From an uncultured Fibrobacteraceae bacterium (GTDB lineage: Bacteria > Krumholzibacteriota > Krumholzibacteriia > LZORAL124-64-63): a stretch of 64,000 nt of DNA. The stretch is taken from assembly GCA_964420395.1 (NCBI GenBank), contig CAYQTJ010000001.1:17006-81005 (forward strand), read 5' to 3'. Shown piece by piece: positions 1 to 10,200 of the stretch; the stretch's first letter is position 1; the number at the start of each line of letters is the position of its first letter. The notes under the pieces were generated by a model. It saw only the letters and a program-made list of their open reading frames with translations, was not told the DNA's origin and did not search any database. The position numbers and the translations under genes were made by a program.

Positions 1-79
1 AGGCAAGGTGCGCACCTACGACATGGACGGCGGCGCCACGACCCTGGAGATGGGCGAGGCGATCGCCAGGAAGCTGTAG
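1..79 (+). CDS. 3' end of an upstream CDS (partial, ...GKVRTYDMDGGATTLEMGEAIARKL*); function not assignable
   Basis: An open frame runs from the window edge to TAG at 77-79 with GC3-rich codons. It is too short to classify. Confidence 0.3.
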   Translation, partial: GKVRTYDMDGGATTLEMGEAIARKL

Positions 80-83
80 CGCG

Positions 84-983
84 ATGGCGGAAGTCATCAT
101 CCATGAAGTCGGTCCCCGGGACGGCCTGCAGGCCGAGAAGCAGGTGGTCCCGACCGACCAGAAGCTCGGGTGGATCCGGTCGCTGATCGCCGCGGGCGTG
201 GACATCGTCCAGGTCGGCTCGTTCGTGCACCCGGAGAAGGTGCCGCAGATGGCCGACACGGACGCGCTCTTCCACACCCTCGCTGCCGAGCCGAGGGGCG
301 GGACGATCCTCTCGGGCCTCGTGCTCAACGAGAAGGGGCTCGAGCGCGGCCTCGCGTGCGGCGTGGAGATGTTCTGCCTCGGGGTCTCGGCCTCCGAGAC
401 GCACAGCATGAAGAACACCGGCATGGGGTCCGAGGAGGCTCAGCGCCGCATCGTAGCCACGGCCAGGGCGGCGGCAGCGGCCGGCGGAAAGGTCCAGGTG
501 TCGGTGCAGAGCGCCTTCGGCTGCGGCTTCGAGGGCCTCGTGCCCGAACAGCGGGTCCTCGCCATCGTGGGCGCCTATCTCGAGGCCGGGCTCACGAACA
601 TCAGCCTCGCGGACACCGCCGGCCACGCGCATCCCGGGCAGGTGCGACGGCTGTTCGGCAGGATCCGGGAACTCGCACCGGAGATCCGCTGCACGTGCCA
701 CTTCCACGACACCTACGGACTCGGCATGGCCAACGTCTATGCCGCGCTCGAGTCGGGAGTCGTGAGCTTCGAGACTTCGATCGCCGGCCTGGGCGGGTGT
801 CCTTTCACGAAGGTCGCGGCCGGCAACGTGGCGACCGAGGACCTGGTCCACGCTCTCCGACGCGACGGCCTGCGTGCGGACATCAATCTCGACGCGATCA
901 TCGCCGTGGCCCGCGATGTCGCGGCGCATTTCGGCAGGGAGATGCCGGGCCGGGTCCACAAGACCGGACCGCTCTCCTGCTAG
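84..983 (+). CDS. HMG-CoA lyase family (HMGL-like) acyl-CoA lyase; possibly a citramalyl-CoA/HMG-CoA lyase
   Basis: 299-aa ORF. It has the N-terminal EVGPRDGLQ motif and the DTAGHAHP and GLGGCPF motifs typical of the HMGL TIM-barrel family. Confidence 0.85.
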   Translation: MAEVIIHEVGPRDGLQAEKQVVPTDQKLGWIRSLIAAGVDIVQVGSFVHPEKVPQMADTDALFHTLAAEPRGGTILSGLVLNEKGLERGLACGVEMFCLGVSASETHSMKNTGMGSEEAQRRIVATARAAAAAGGKVQVSVQSAFGCGFEGLVPEQRVLAIVGAYLEAGLTNISLADTAGHAHPGQVRRLFGRIRELAPEIRCTCHFHDTYGLGMANVYAALESGVVSFETSIAGLGGCPFTKVAAGNVATEDLVHALRRDGLRADINLDAIIAVARDVAAHFGREMPGRVHKTGPLSC

Positions 984-995
984 GCAGGAGTCCTC

Positions 996-2201
996 ATGAC
1001 TGACCAACCGCGCATTCTCGACGGCATCAAGGTCCTCGACCTCACGAACGTCCTGTCCGGCCCGTTCGCCTCGCTCCACCTGGCGCTCCTGGGCGCCGAG
1101 GTCATCAAGATCGAGAACCCCAGGGACGGCGACCTGGCCCGCAAGCTCGGGATCGTTCCCGAGTACAACAAGCGGCTGATGGGGACGAGCTTCCTGGCGC
1201 AGAACTGCAACAAGAAATCGGTGACCCTCAATACCAAGAGCCCGGAGGGCAAGGAGATCCTCAAACGGCTCGTCAGGGATGCCGACGTGCTGATCGAGAA
1301 TTTCCGGCCCGGCGTCATGGACCGCCTCGGGCTCGGCTACGCCGTCCTGCGCGAGATCAATCCCCGGCTCGTCTACTGCGGGATCTCCGGCTTCGGGCAG
1401 ACCGGTCCGGACGCCGACAAGCCGGCCTACGACCAGATCATCCAGGGCCTGTCCGGCGAGATGGCGATCAACGGCGACGAGCGGCTGACGCCGCTGCGCG
1501 CCGGCTTCCCGGTCTGTGACACCGTGGGCGGGCTGAACGCCGCGTTCGCGGTCATGGCCGCCCTCTTCCACCGCCAGCGCACCGGCGCTGGCCAGTGCAT
1601 CGACGTGGCGCTCCTCGACTCGATCATGCCGCTCATGGGCTGGGTGGTGGCGAATCTCCTGATCGGCGGGCACGAGCCGCCGGTCATGGGCAACGACAAC
1701 TTCACCGCGGCGCCGAGCGGCACTTTCACCACGCTCGACGGCCACATCAACATCGCCGCCAACAAGCAGGAGCAGTGGGAAGCCGTCTGCGATGTCCTCG
1801 AGCTCCCGGAACTGAAGGTCGATCCGCGCTTCCAGGAGCGCGACACCCGCAAGCGGAACCGCAAGGCCCTGACGCCGCTCCTCGAGGCGCGCCTCACCCA
1901 GCAGCCGACGCTGCACTGGGTCGAGGCCCTGAACGCGCGCGACGTGCCGAGCGGCGAGATCCTGAGCCTGAAGCAGGCCTTGCGCCAGCCGCAGATCGCG
2001 CACCGCGGGGTCCTGCAGAAGGTGGATGTGCCGGGCCTGGGGGAAATCGAGGTCTTCGGCCTCACCGCCCTGTTCGACGGCGCTGAGGGCTCGGTCACCA
2101 CCCCGCCGCCGACGCTCGGACAGCACAACGTTGAAATCCTCGGTCGCCTGGGCTTCACCGAGGCCCAGCTCGCGGAACTCAAGCAGAAGGCAGTCATCTG
2201 A
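996..2201 (+). CDS. Family III CoA-transferase (CaiB/BaiF family)
   Basis: 401-aa ORF. The motifs IKVLDLTNVLSGPFAS, LGAEVIKIE and GFPVCDTVGG are typical of CaiB/BaiF transferases. AGGAG lies 7 nt upstream of the ATG. Confidence 0.85.
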   Translation: MTDQPRILDGIKVLDLTNVLSGPFASLHLALLGAEVIKIENPRDGDLARKLGIVPEYNKRLMGTSFLAQNCNKKSVTLNTKSPEGKEILKRLVRDADVLIENFRPGVMDRLGLGYAVLREINPRLVYCGISGFGQTGPDADKPAYDQIIQGLSGEMAINGDERLTPLRAGFPVCDTVGGLNAAFAVMAALFHRQRTGAGQCIDVALLDSIMPLMGWVVANLLIGGHEPPVMGNDNFTAAPSGTFTTLDGHINIAANKQEQWEAVCDVLELPELKVDPRFQERDTRKRNRKALTPLLEARLTQQPTLHWVEALNARDVPSGEILSLKQALRQPQIAHRGVLQKVDVPGLGEIEVFGLTALFDGAEGSVTTPPPTLGQHNVEILGRLGFTEAQLAELKQKAVI

Positions 2202-2227
2202 AACCCCGGCCGTGACGAGGTGCCACG

Positions 2228-3520
2228 ATGGGAATGACAGTGGTCGAGAAGATCCTGGCCAGGGCGGCGGGCGTGGAGGCCGTCAAGGCCCTTGACATCA
2301 CGGAGCCGCGGGTCGATCTCGCGATGTCGCACGAGAACGCGGCCCTGGTCATCAACCAGTTCAAGGAGATCTATCAGGGCACGGGACGCGAGCCCAGGCC
2401 CTGGGATCCCTCCCGCATCGCCATCATCTTCGATCACCGCGTGCCGGCCGAGGGGCCCAAGACCGCCACCAACCAGAAGCTCATCCGCGGTTTCGTGGCG
2501 CAGCACGGCATCGCCAGGTTCCACGACATCCGCGGCGACCTGGGCGGCATCTGCCACCAGATACTGCCCGAGCACGGCTACGTGAGGCCCGGCTACGTGG
2601 TCGTCGGCACCGACAGCCATACGACCAGCCACGGAGCGCTGGGCTCCTTCGCCTTCGGCATCGGCGCCACCGAGATGGCCTCGGTCTGGACGCTCGGCGT
2701 GGCGCTCAACATCGAGGTGCCGCCGACGATCAAGGTCGTCGTCACCGGCAGGTTCCCGCAGCACGTCGGGCCGAAGGACCTGATCCTGCACCTGATCGGT
2801 CGGCTCACGGCGCAGGGCGCGAACTTCCGGGTGCTCGAGTTCCACGGCGACACGATCCGGGCGATGTCCACGAGCGGGCGCCTCACCATCTGCAACATGA
2901 GCGTCGAGGCCGGCGCCACGAGCGGCATCGTTCCCGCCGACGACGAGACCGAGCGCTACCTGCGCCAGGAGGCCGGTGTCTCCGGGCCCGTCGAGCGGGT
3001 CTTGCCGGACGCCGATGCCGTCTACGAGAAGGTCGTCGAGGTGGACGTGTCGCGGCTCGCGCCGCAGATCGCCTGTCCGCACATGGTGGACAACGTGAAG
3101 CCGGTCGGCGAGGTCGCCGGCAAGCCCATCCAGCAGGTCGTGATCGGCAGCTGCACGAACGGCCGCCTGGACGATCTGGAGATCGCCGCCGGGATCCTCA
3201 GGGGCAGGAAGGTGGCGCAGGGCACCCGCATGCTGGTCTTCCCGGCCTCCGGGCGGATCTACGCCCGGGCCCTCGAGGCCGGCTACCTGCAGGACTTCAT
3301 GCAGGCCGGCGCCGTCGTGATGAACTCCGGCTGCGGGCCGTGCCTGGGCATCCATCAGGGGGCGCTCGGGGACGGTGAGGTGGCGCTCGCGACCACGAAT
3401 CGCAACTTCAAGGGGCGCATGGGCAACCCGAAGTCCGAGGTCTACCTGTGCAGCGCCGCCGTCGCCGCGGCCAGCGCCATCACCGGCGTCATCACCGATC
3501 CGCGCGCAGGAGGGCGTTAA
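2228..3520 (+). CDS. Aconitase-family dehydratase, large subunit (LeuC / homoaconitase-like)
   Basis: 430 aa. The motifs GTDSHTTSHGALG, IGSCTNGR and NSGCGPCLG are the three Fe-S ligand motifs of isopropylmalate isomerase-type large subunits. Confidence 0.85.
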   Translation: MGMTVVEKILARAAGVEAVKALDITEPRVDLAMSHENAALVINQFKEIYQGTGREPRPWDPSRIAIIFDHRVPAEGPKTATNQKLIRGFVAQHGIARFHDIRGDLGGICHQILPEHGYVRPGYVVVGTDSHTTSHGALGSFAFGIGATEMASVWTLGVALNIEVPPTIKVVVTGRFPQHVGPKDLILHLIGRLTAQGANFRVLEFHGDTIRAMSTSGRLTICNMSVEAGATSGIVPADDETERYLRQEAGVSGPVERVLPDADAVYEKVVEVDVSRLAPQIACPHMVDNVKPVGEVAGKPIQQVVIGSCTNGRLDDLEIAAGILRGRKVAQGTRMLVFPASGRIYARALEAGYLQDFMQAGAVVMNSGCGPCLGIHQGALGDGEVALATTNRNFKGRMGNPKSEVYLCSAAVAAASAITGVITDPRAGGR

Positions 3521-3521
3521 C

Positions 3522-4019
3522 ATGGGCAAGGTCGTACTCAAGCTCGGCAAGGACATCAGCACCGATGACATCTATCCCGGGCGGTTCATGGCCACGGTCC
3601 TGCCGACGGAGACCCCGCAGTTCTGCTTCAACGATCGCACGGAGTTCAACGGTCGGCTCAAGGCCGGGGCGATTCCGGCGGGCAGCGTCGTCGTCGCCGA
3701 CGAGAACTTCGGCTGCGGCTCGAGCCGCGAGCAGGCGGTAAGCGCCATCCGCGGCCACGAACTCATCATCATCGCCCGGAGCATCGCGCGCATCTTCCTG
3801 CAGAACGCCATCAACCTCGGCCTGAACCTGATCATCTGCCCGACCATCGAGGCGAACGAGGGGGACGAGATCGAACTCGTGCCCGGCAAGGTCGTGAACA
3901 GGACCAGCGGCAGGGAGTTCGCCACCGTGTCGCTGCCGCCGGCGCGCCAGGCGATCATCGACGCGGGCGGGCTCATCCCCTATACGCGCCAGAAGCTGCT
4001 CGAGCTGCCGGCCCGCTGA
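3522..4019 (+). CDS. Aconitase-family dehydratase, small subunit (LeuD-like)
   Basis: The ATG at 3522 starts 1 nt after the large-subunit stop. 165 aa with the swivel-domain motif ENFGCGSSREQA. Confidence 0.8.
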   Translation: MGKVVLKLGKDISTDDIYPGRFMATVLPTETPQFCFNDRTEFNGRLKAGAIPAGSVVVADENFGCGSSREQAVSAIRGHELIIIARSIARIFLQNAINLGLNLIICPTIEANEGDEIELVPGKVVNRTSGREFATVSLPPARQAIIDAGGLIPYTRQKLLELPAR

Positions 4020-4169
4020 GTTCGCCGGCCGCGGCGGTCGCTGTCGCCGGCATGGCCGATGTCCCGTGCCGGCGGGAGTGCGTGTGCCCCGAGGGGAGGA
4101 ACCGGCGGCGTCGTGGCCTTGACGCTGGGGGCGGAGGGACATAGCGTAGGCGTCTGCTTGGGAGGGCGC

Positions 4170-4586
4170 ATGGCGTTCGGTGATGGGCAGCGACGGCAGC
4201 GGCGGGGCGGCGGTGGGCTCATGCTCTTGGCCGCCTTGGCGTTGCTGGGGGTCGGCGGAGTGCCGGTCGTGCTGTGCCATGCGCCGGGGGGGCATCTGGC
4301 GGTCGAGCTGGCGGGGCGGGGGTGTGCGCCGGCCACGGCGGCTGGCGAGGATGCGCCGAACGGCGGTTGTGACGCCTGTGGTGTGGAGGCGGCCGAGGGG
4401 TGCAGTGATTCGCCGGTTTCGCTCAGTGCGGTGTTGATGGGGGGTGGGGCGCGGGTCCTGCCTGTTGTGGCGCCGGTCGTGGTGGCGCCGTTCGCTGCTG
4501 CTGTGATGGACTTGCCGGGGTGGGTGGGGGACGGCTGCGGGCCGGACCTCTTCTTGCCGGCGCGCTCCTGCGTGCTGCGCAGCTGA
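4170..4586 (+). CDS. Small membrane-anchored Cys/His-rich hypothetical protein upstream of the heavy-metal pump
   Basis: Internal ATG at 4170 is preceded by GGGAGGG. The protein has an N-terminal hydrophobic segment (LMLLAALALLGVGGVPVVL), then CHAPGGH and CDAC...C motifs. GC3-rich codons. No family recognised. Confidence 0.4.
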   Translation: MAFGDGQRRQRRGGGGLMLLAALALLGVGGVPVVLCHAPGGHLAVELAGRGCAPATAAGEDAPNGGCDACGVEAAEGCSDSPVSLSAVLMGGGARVLPVVAPVVVAPFAAAVMDLPGWVGDGCGPDLFLPARSCVLRS

Positions 4587-4667
4587 TTTTCCGCGGATCA
4601 TCGTGAATGGGGTCGCTCGCGCGGGGCGCGCGGGTGTGGCTGTCTGCGTGCGCGAGGAGAGGCTGCG

Positions 4668-5939
4668 ATGCGTGCGGATGTCTGTTGGCGGGCGGGGGGC
4701 GGGCTGGCGGTGGCGCTGGGGTGGCTGCTGACGGCGGGGCCGGCGGTCGGGGGGGAGGAACTCACCCTGGCCGAGTGCCGGGCGCGCGTGCTGGCGACGA
4801 GTCCGGTGCTGGCGGCGGCGGGGGCCGATTCGGCGGCGGCGGCGGGGGCGGCGCGGCAGGCGGGGGCAGTGCCTAATCCCGAGCTCTCCTTCGAGGTGGA
4901 GAACTTCGGCGGCGACCTGCCGCGGTGGGGGGAGGCGGAGGTCACCTGGTCGCTGGCGCAGAACCTCGGGTTCCTCGCGCGGCGGGGGGCGGCGGCGGAG
5001 GCGGGGCGGCGGGGACGGGAGGAGGCGGCGGCCGGCCTCGTGGCGACGCGGCGCGATCTGCTCGTCGAGGTCGAGCGGCGGTTCGTGGCGCTGCAGGTCG
5101 CGCAGCGGCGGGCGGAGCTGCTCGACGGCGAGGTGGCCGTGGCGGACTCGCTGCTGGCGGCGGTGGCGGCGCTGGTGGCGGCGGGGGAGGTGTCGCCGGT
5201 GGAGCTGTCGCGTGCGCGGGGGGAGCGGGCGCTGGCGGCGATCGACCGGGACGCGGCGGTGGCGGGGACGCGGCGCGCGGGGACGGCGCTGGCGGAGCTG
5301 TGGGGCGGGGAGGGTGGCGAGCCGGCGCGGGCGGCGGGGGAACTGGCGACGGAGGTCGCGGCGCCGGCGCGGGCGGAGGTGGGCGACTGGCCGGGGGCGA
5401 ACCCGGAGCTGGCGCGGCAGGCGGCCGTGGTGGCGCGGCAGGCGGCGCTGGCGCGGCTGGCGCGGGCGGGGCGGTGGCCCGATCCGACGGCCGCGGGGGG
5501 GGTGCGGCGGTTCGCGGCGAGCGGGGAGCGGGCGCTGGTGGCGTCGGTCGCGCTGCCGCTGCCGCTGTTCGACCGCGGGGGCGGGGCGGTGGCGGAGGCG
5601 GCGGCGCGGGAGGCGCAGGCGCGGCACGAGCTGCAGGCGCTCCGCGATCGGCTGCGCGCGGCGCGGCTGGCGGCGTGGGACGACCTGGACGCGGCGGTCG
5701 CGGCGGAGCGGGCGCTGCGGGAGACGGTGGTGCCGGAGGCGGCGCGGGTGCGGGCCGCGCTGGACGAGGGGTACCGGCGGGGCAAGTTCGGCCTGCTCGA
5801 CGCGCTCGACGCGCGCCGCACGCTGGCGGCGGCGCGGCTGCGGCAGCTCGATGCGCTGGCGGCGCTGCACGCGGCGCGCCTGGAACTGGAATCACTGCTG
5901 GGGACGCCGCTGGCGGCGCCCGGGGGAGAGACGCCATGA
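4668..5939 (+). CDS. Outer-membrane efflux protein (TolC/CzcC family)
   Basis: 423 aa with a signal-like N-terminus. It shows the LTLAECRARVLATSP...NPELSFEVENFGG pattern and the Ala/Leu/Arg-rich coiled repeats typical of OMF/CzcC proteins. It is first in a three-gene pump operon. Confidence 0.8.
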   Translation: MRADVCWRAGGGLAVALGWLLTAGPAVGGEELTLAECRARVLATSPVLAAAGADSAAAAGAARQAGAVPNPELSFEVENFGGDLPRWGEAEVTWSLAQNLGFLARRGAAAEAGRRGREEAAAGLVATRRDLLVEVERRFVALQVAQRRAELLDGEVAVADSLLAAVAALVAAGEVSPVELSRARGERALAAIDRDAAVAGTRRAGTALAELWGGEGGEPARAAGELATEVAAPARAEVGDWPGANPELARQAAVVARQAALARLARAGRWPDPTAAGGVRRFAASGERALVASVALPLPLFDRGGGAVAEAAAREAQARHELQALRDRLRAARLAAWDDLDAAVAAERALRETVVPEAARVRAALDEGYRRGKFGLLDALDARRTLAAARLRQLDALAALHAARLELESLLGTPLAAPGGETP

Positions 5940-7273
5940 CGATCGCCATCATGCACGGACGTCGCCGCCTGGCGGCCACGGCGCTGTTGCTGGCCGCGGC
6001 GGCGGTCGGGGGCGCCGGCTGCGGCGCGCGCGGGAACGCGACGGACGGGGCGGCGCGCGCGCCGGAGTCGGCGGCGCACGCCGAAGAGGCGCCCGAGATC
6101 TCCGACCTGGACCGTGGCGAGGCGGAGCTGTTCGCCGCGGTCTGCGAGCACGACATCGCGCAGCACACGTGCGACGAGTGCCGCTACGAGCTGGGCCTGG
6201 TCAAGGTCGACTCGGCGCTGGCCGGGCCGGACGGGCTGCTGCAGACCGTCACGGTGGCGGAGCGGGGCCTGCCGGCGGTGCTGGAGCTGGACGGCGAGGC
6301 GCAGCTCGACGCGGAGCGGGCCGTGCGGGTGACGTCGCGCGCGGACGGCACGGTGCGCGAGGTGCTGGTGGACGTGGGGAGCGTCGTGAAGAGGGGGCAG
6401 CCGCTGCTGCGGATCGCCAGCCCCGCCTGGGCGCAGGAGCGGGCCGACTGGCTGCAGGCGCGGGCGGGGCACGCGCTGGCGCGGGCGGCGGCGGAGCGCG
6501 AGGCCGAACTCCACGCGCAGGGGATCTGCCCGCAGAAGGACCTCCTGGAGGCGGAGGCGGAGCGGGCGCGCGCGGCGGCCGCCGAGATGGCCGCGGCGGA
6601 GCGGCTGCGGGCGCACGGACTGGACGCGGCCGGGCTGGCGGCGCTGGCGCGCGATCCCGACGGCTCGCCGCTCTTGACCGTGACCGCCCCGCTCGCCGGC
6701 ACCGTGCTCGAGCGCGACCTGGGGCCGGGCCGGCAGGTGGCGGCGGACCAGCCGCTGCTGCTGGTGGCGGACGTCACCCGGATCTGGGTGCTGGCGAGCC
6801 TGCGGGAGCACGAGATCGGGCCGCTGCTGGCGGCGCGCGGGGCGGGGGAGGTGCCGGCGGAGGTGACGCTGCACTTCCTGCCCGGCCGGGTCCTGAACGG
6901 GCGGCTGGAGGCGGTCGGCGGCACGCTCGACGAGAGCACCCGCACCGCGCGGGCGCGCATCGTCGTGGACAACGCGGCGGGGCTGCTGCGGCCCGGGATG
7001 TTCGCGCACGTCCGGCTGCGGCTGCCGGGTGGCGCCGGGGCCCTCGCCGTGCCGGCCGAGGCGGTGCTCGAGGACGCGGGGCGCTCGTTCGTCTTCGTGG
7101 CGGCGCGGCCGGGGTACTTCCTGCGCCGCCCGGTCACGACCGGACGCGCGGAGGACGGCTGGGTGGAGATCGCCGGCGGCCTGGCGCCGGGACAGGTCGT
7201 GGCCGCGCGCGGCGCGTTCCTGCTCAAGTCCGATGTGCTGCGCGCCAAGATGGGCGCCGGCTGCGCCGACTGA
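5936..7273 (+). CDS. RND efflux periplasmic adaptor (CzcB/CusB-type MFP) with a Cys/His N-terminal extension
   Basis: The start forms an ATGA overlap with the OMF stop. It has a lipobox-like GAGC and then CEHDIAQHTCDEC. The barrel-sandwich/lipoyl-like segments GTVREVLVDVGSVVKRGQPLLRI and LTVTAPLAGTVLER follow. Confidence 0.85.
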   Translation: MTIAIMHGRRRLAATALLLAAAAVGGAGCGARGNATDGAARAPESAAHAEEAPEISDLDRGEAELFAAVCEHDIAQHTCDECRYELGLVKVDSALAGPDGLLQTVTVAERGLPAVLELDGEAQLDAERAVRVTSRADGTVREVLVDVGSVVKRGQPLLRIASPAWAQERADWLQARAGHALARAAAEREAELHAQGICPQKDLLEAEAERARAAAAEMAAAERLRAHGLDAAGLAALARDPDGSPLLTVTAPLAGTVLERDLGPGRQVAADQPLLLVADVTRIWVLASLREHEIGPLLAARGAGEVPAEVTLHFLPGRVLNGRLEAVGGTLDESTRTARARIVVDNAAGLLRPGMFAHVRLRLPGGAGALAVPAEAVLEDAGRSFVFVAARPGYFLRRPVTTGRAEDGWVEIAGGLAPGQVVAARGAFLLKSDVLRAKMGAGCAD

Positions 7274-7295
7274 CCCGCACCGGAGGACGACGCCG

Positions 7296-10200
7296 ATGAA
7301 TCGCTGGTTCGCCGCCCTGCTGGCGCGCCGCTGGCCGGTGCTGGTCGCCGGGGCGCTGGTGGCCGCGCTCGGCGCGGCCGTCTGGCTGCGCCTGCCGGTG
7401 GACGCCTTTCCCGACGTCACCAACGTGCAGGTGATGGTCCTGACCCGGGCCGAGGGGCTCGGCGCGGAGGAGGTCGAGCAGCGGGTCTCGTACCCGCTCG
7501 AGCAGCGCATGGGGGGGCTGCCGCGGCTGCAGCTGGTGCGGTCGCTGTCGCGGGCGGGGCTGTCGCAGGTGGTGGTGGTGTTCGCCGACGGCACCGATCC
7601 GTGGTTCGCGCGGCAGGTGGTGTTCGAGCGGCTGCAGGAGGCGCGCGAGGCGCTGCCGGACGGACTCGAGCCGGAGCTGGCGCCGCTGAGCACCGGCCTC
7701 GGGGAGATCTTCCAGTACACGGTCGAGGGGGACAGCCTGTCCCTCGCCGAGCGGCGGGCGATCCAGGACTGGCTGGTGGCGCCGCGGCTGCGCGCGGTGG
7801 CAGGCGTGACCGAGGTGAACAGCTTCGGCGGGCTGGTCCGGCAGATCGAGGTGCGGGCGCACCCGGGGCGCCTGGCCGAGTACGGGCTGTCGCCGCGCGA
7901 CCTGGTGGAGGCGCTGGCGCGCGACAACACGAACGTGGGCGCCGGCTTCATCGTGCACGGCTGGGAGCAGACCTACCTGCTCGGCCGCGGCCAGTTCGCC
8001 GCGCCGGACGACATCGGCCGGGTCGTGCTGCGGGCGCGCGACGGCGCCGCGGTCACGGTGGCCGACGTGGCCGAGGTCGTCGAGGGGGCGATGACGCGGC
8101 AGGGGGCGGTCACCCGCGACGGGCGGGGCGAGACGGTGGCCGGCATGGTCATCATGCTGCGCGGCGAGAACTCCCGCACGGTCGTGGAGCGGGTCAAGGC
8201 GGCGGTGGCGGCCATCGGCGCGGCGCTGCCGGCCGGCGCGCGGCTGGACGTCTTCTACGACCGCACCGGGCTGATCGAGGCGTGCGTGCGCACGGTCACC
8301 GACGCGCTGCTGCAGGGGGGGCTGTTCGTCATCCTCGTGCTCTGCCTGTTCCTGGCCGAGGTGCGCACGGCGCTGATCGTCGTGCTGTCGCTGCCGCTGA
8401 CCTTCCTGGTGGCGTTCCTGATCATGGGGGCCGCCGGCCTTTCGGCCAACCTGATGAGCCTGGGCGGCCTCGCCTTCTCGGTCGGCATGGTGGTCGACGC
8501 CTCGATCGTCATCGTGGAGAACGTGCGGCGGCACCTGGCGCGGGCCGCGCCGGAGCGGTCGCGGCGCGAGGTGGCGGTGGCGGCGCTGACGGAGGTGGCG
8601 CGGCCGGTCGCCTTCTCGGTGCTGATCATGGCGCTGGTGCTGGTGCCGCTGCTGACGCTGCAGGGGGTCGAGGGGAAGATGTTCCGGCCCCTCGCGCTGA
8701 CGCTGCTGTTCGCCCTGCTCGCCTCGCTCGCCGTGGCGCTGACCGTGGTGCCGGTGCTGGCGGAGACGTTCCTGGCGCGGCGGCCGGAGCGGGAGTTCGG
8801 CGCCGTGCGGCGCTTCCACGCCGGCTACCTGGCGCTGCTGCGGGGGGCCCTGGCGCGGCCGCGCCTCACCCTGGCGCTGGCGCTGGCGACCCTGCTGCCG
8901 GCGGTGGCGCTGGTGCCGCGGCTCGGCACGGAGTTCATCCCGACGCTCGACGAGGGGGCGATCGCGATCAACGTCGTGCGGCTGCCGAACGCCTCGCTCG
9001 CCGGCTCGGTGGCGGTGGCGGGGGAGCTGGAGCGGCGGCTGCTGCGCTTCCCGGAGGTGGCCACGGTGGTCGCGAAGAGCGGCCGGGCGGAGATCTCCGA
9101 GGATCCGATGGGGCCGGAGCAGACCGACCTGTTCGTCATGCTCAAGCCGCGCCGCCAGTGGGGCGCCGGACGGGACCGCGAGGCGCTCGTGGCGGCGATG
9201 AACGCCGAGCTGTCGCGCGTACCGGGGCTGCGCTACTCGTTCTCCCAGCCGATCGCCCTGCGGGTGAACGAACTGATCTCGGGCGTGAAGAGCGACCTGG
9301 CGGTGAAGGTGTTCGGGCCGGACCTGGGGCGGCTGAAGGAGATCGCCGACCGCACCGCGTCCATCCTGATGGGGGTGCCCGGCGCCGGCGACATCAAGGT
9401 GGAACAGGTGGTCGGCATGACCGAGATGATCGTCGAGCCGGACCGGCACGCGCTGGCGCGCTACGGCCTGAACGCCGCCGACCTGGGCGAACTGCTCGCG
9501 ATCGGGGTGGCGGGGCGGCAGGTCGGCGCGCTGGTGGAGGGGGAGCGCCGGCACCCGATCGTGGTGCGCTACCCGGAGGCGGAGCGGGGCGACGCGGCGG
9601 CGCTGGCCGGGCTGCTGCTGGTCGCGCCCGGCGGCGCGCGGGTGCCGCTGGGGCAGGTGGCGCGGCTCGTGCCGCGGGAGGGGCCGGCGCAGGTGAGCCG
9701 GGAGAACGGCGCGCGGCGGGTCGTGGTGGAGGCGAACGTGCGGGGGCGCGACCTGGGCGGCTTCGTGGGCGAGGTGCGCGCGCGCCTGCGCGAGGTGGAG
9801 GCGGCACTGCCGCCCGGCTACTGGCTGGCGTACGGCGGCCAGTTCGAGAACCAGCAGCGGGCGATGCGGCAGCTGGCGCTGGTGGTGCCGCTGGCGCTCG
9901 TCCTGATCGCCGGGCTGCTGTACGGGGCGCTCGGCTCGGCGCGCGGCGCGCTGCTGGTGATCCTCAACCTGCCGTTCGCGCTCGTGGGCGGCGTGGCCGC
10001 CGCCGTCGCGCTGCGGATGCACCTGTCGGTGTCGGCGGCGGTGGCGTTCATCGTCCTGCTCGGCATCGCGGTGCAGAACGGCGTGGTGCTGCTGGCGTTC
10101 CTGCGCCAGCTGCGCGAGGCGGGACGGACGCCGGCCGAGGCGGTGGTGGAGGGGTGCGACCTGCGCTTCAAGCCGCTGTTCATGACCGCGCTCACCAGCT

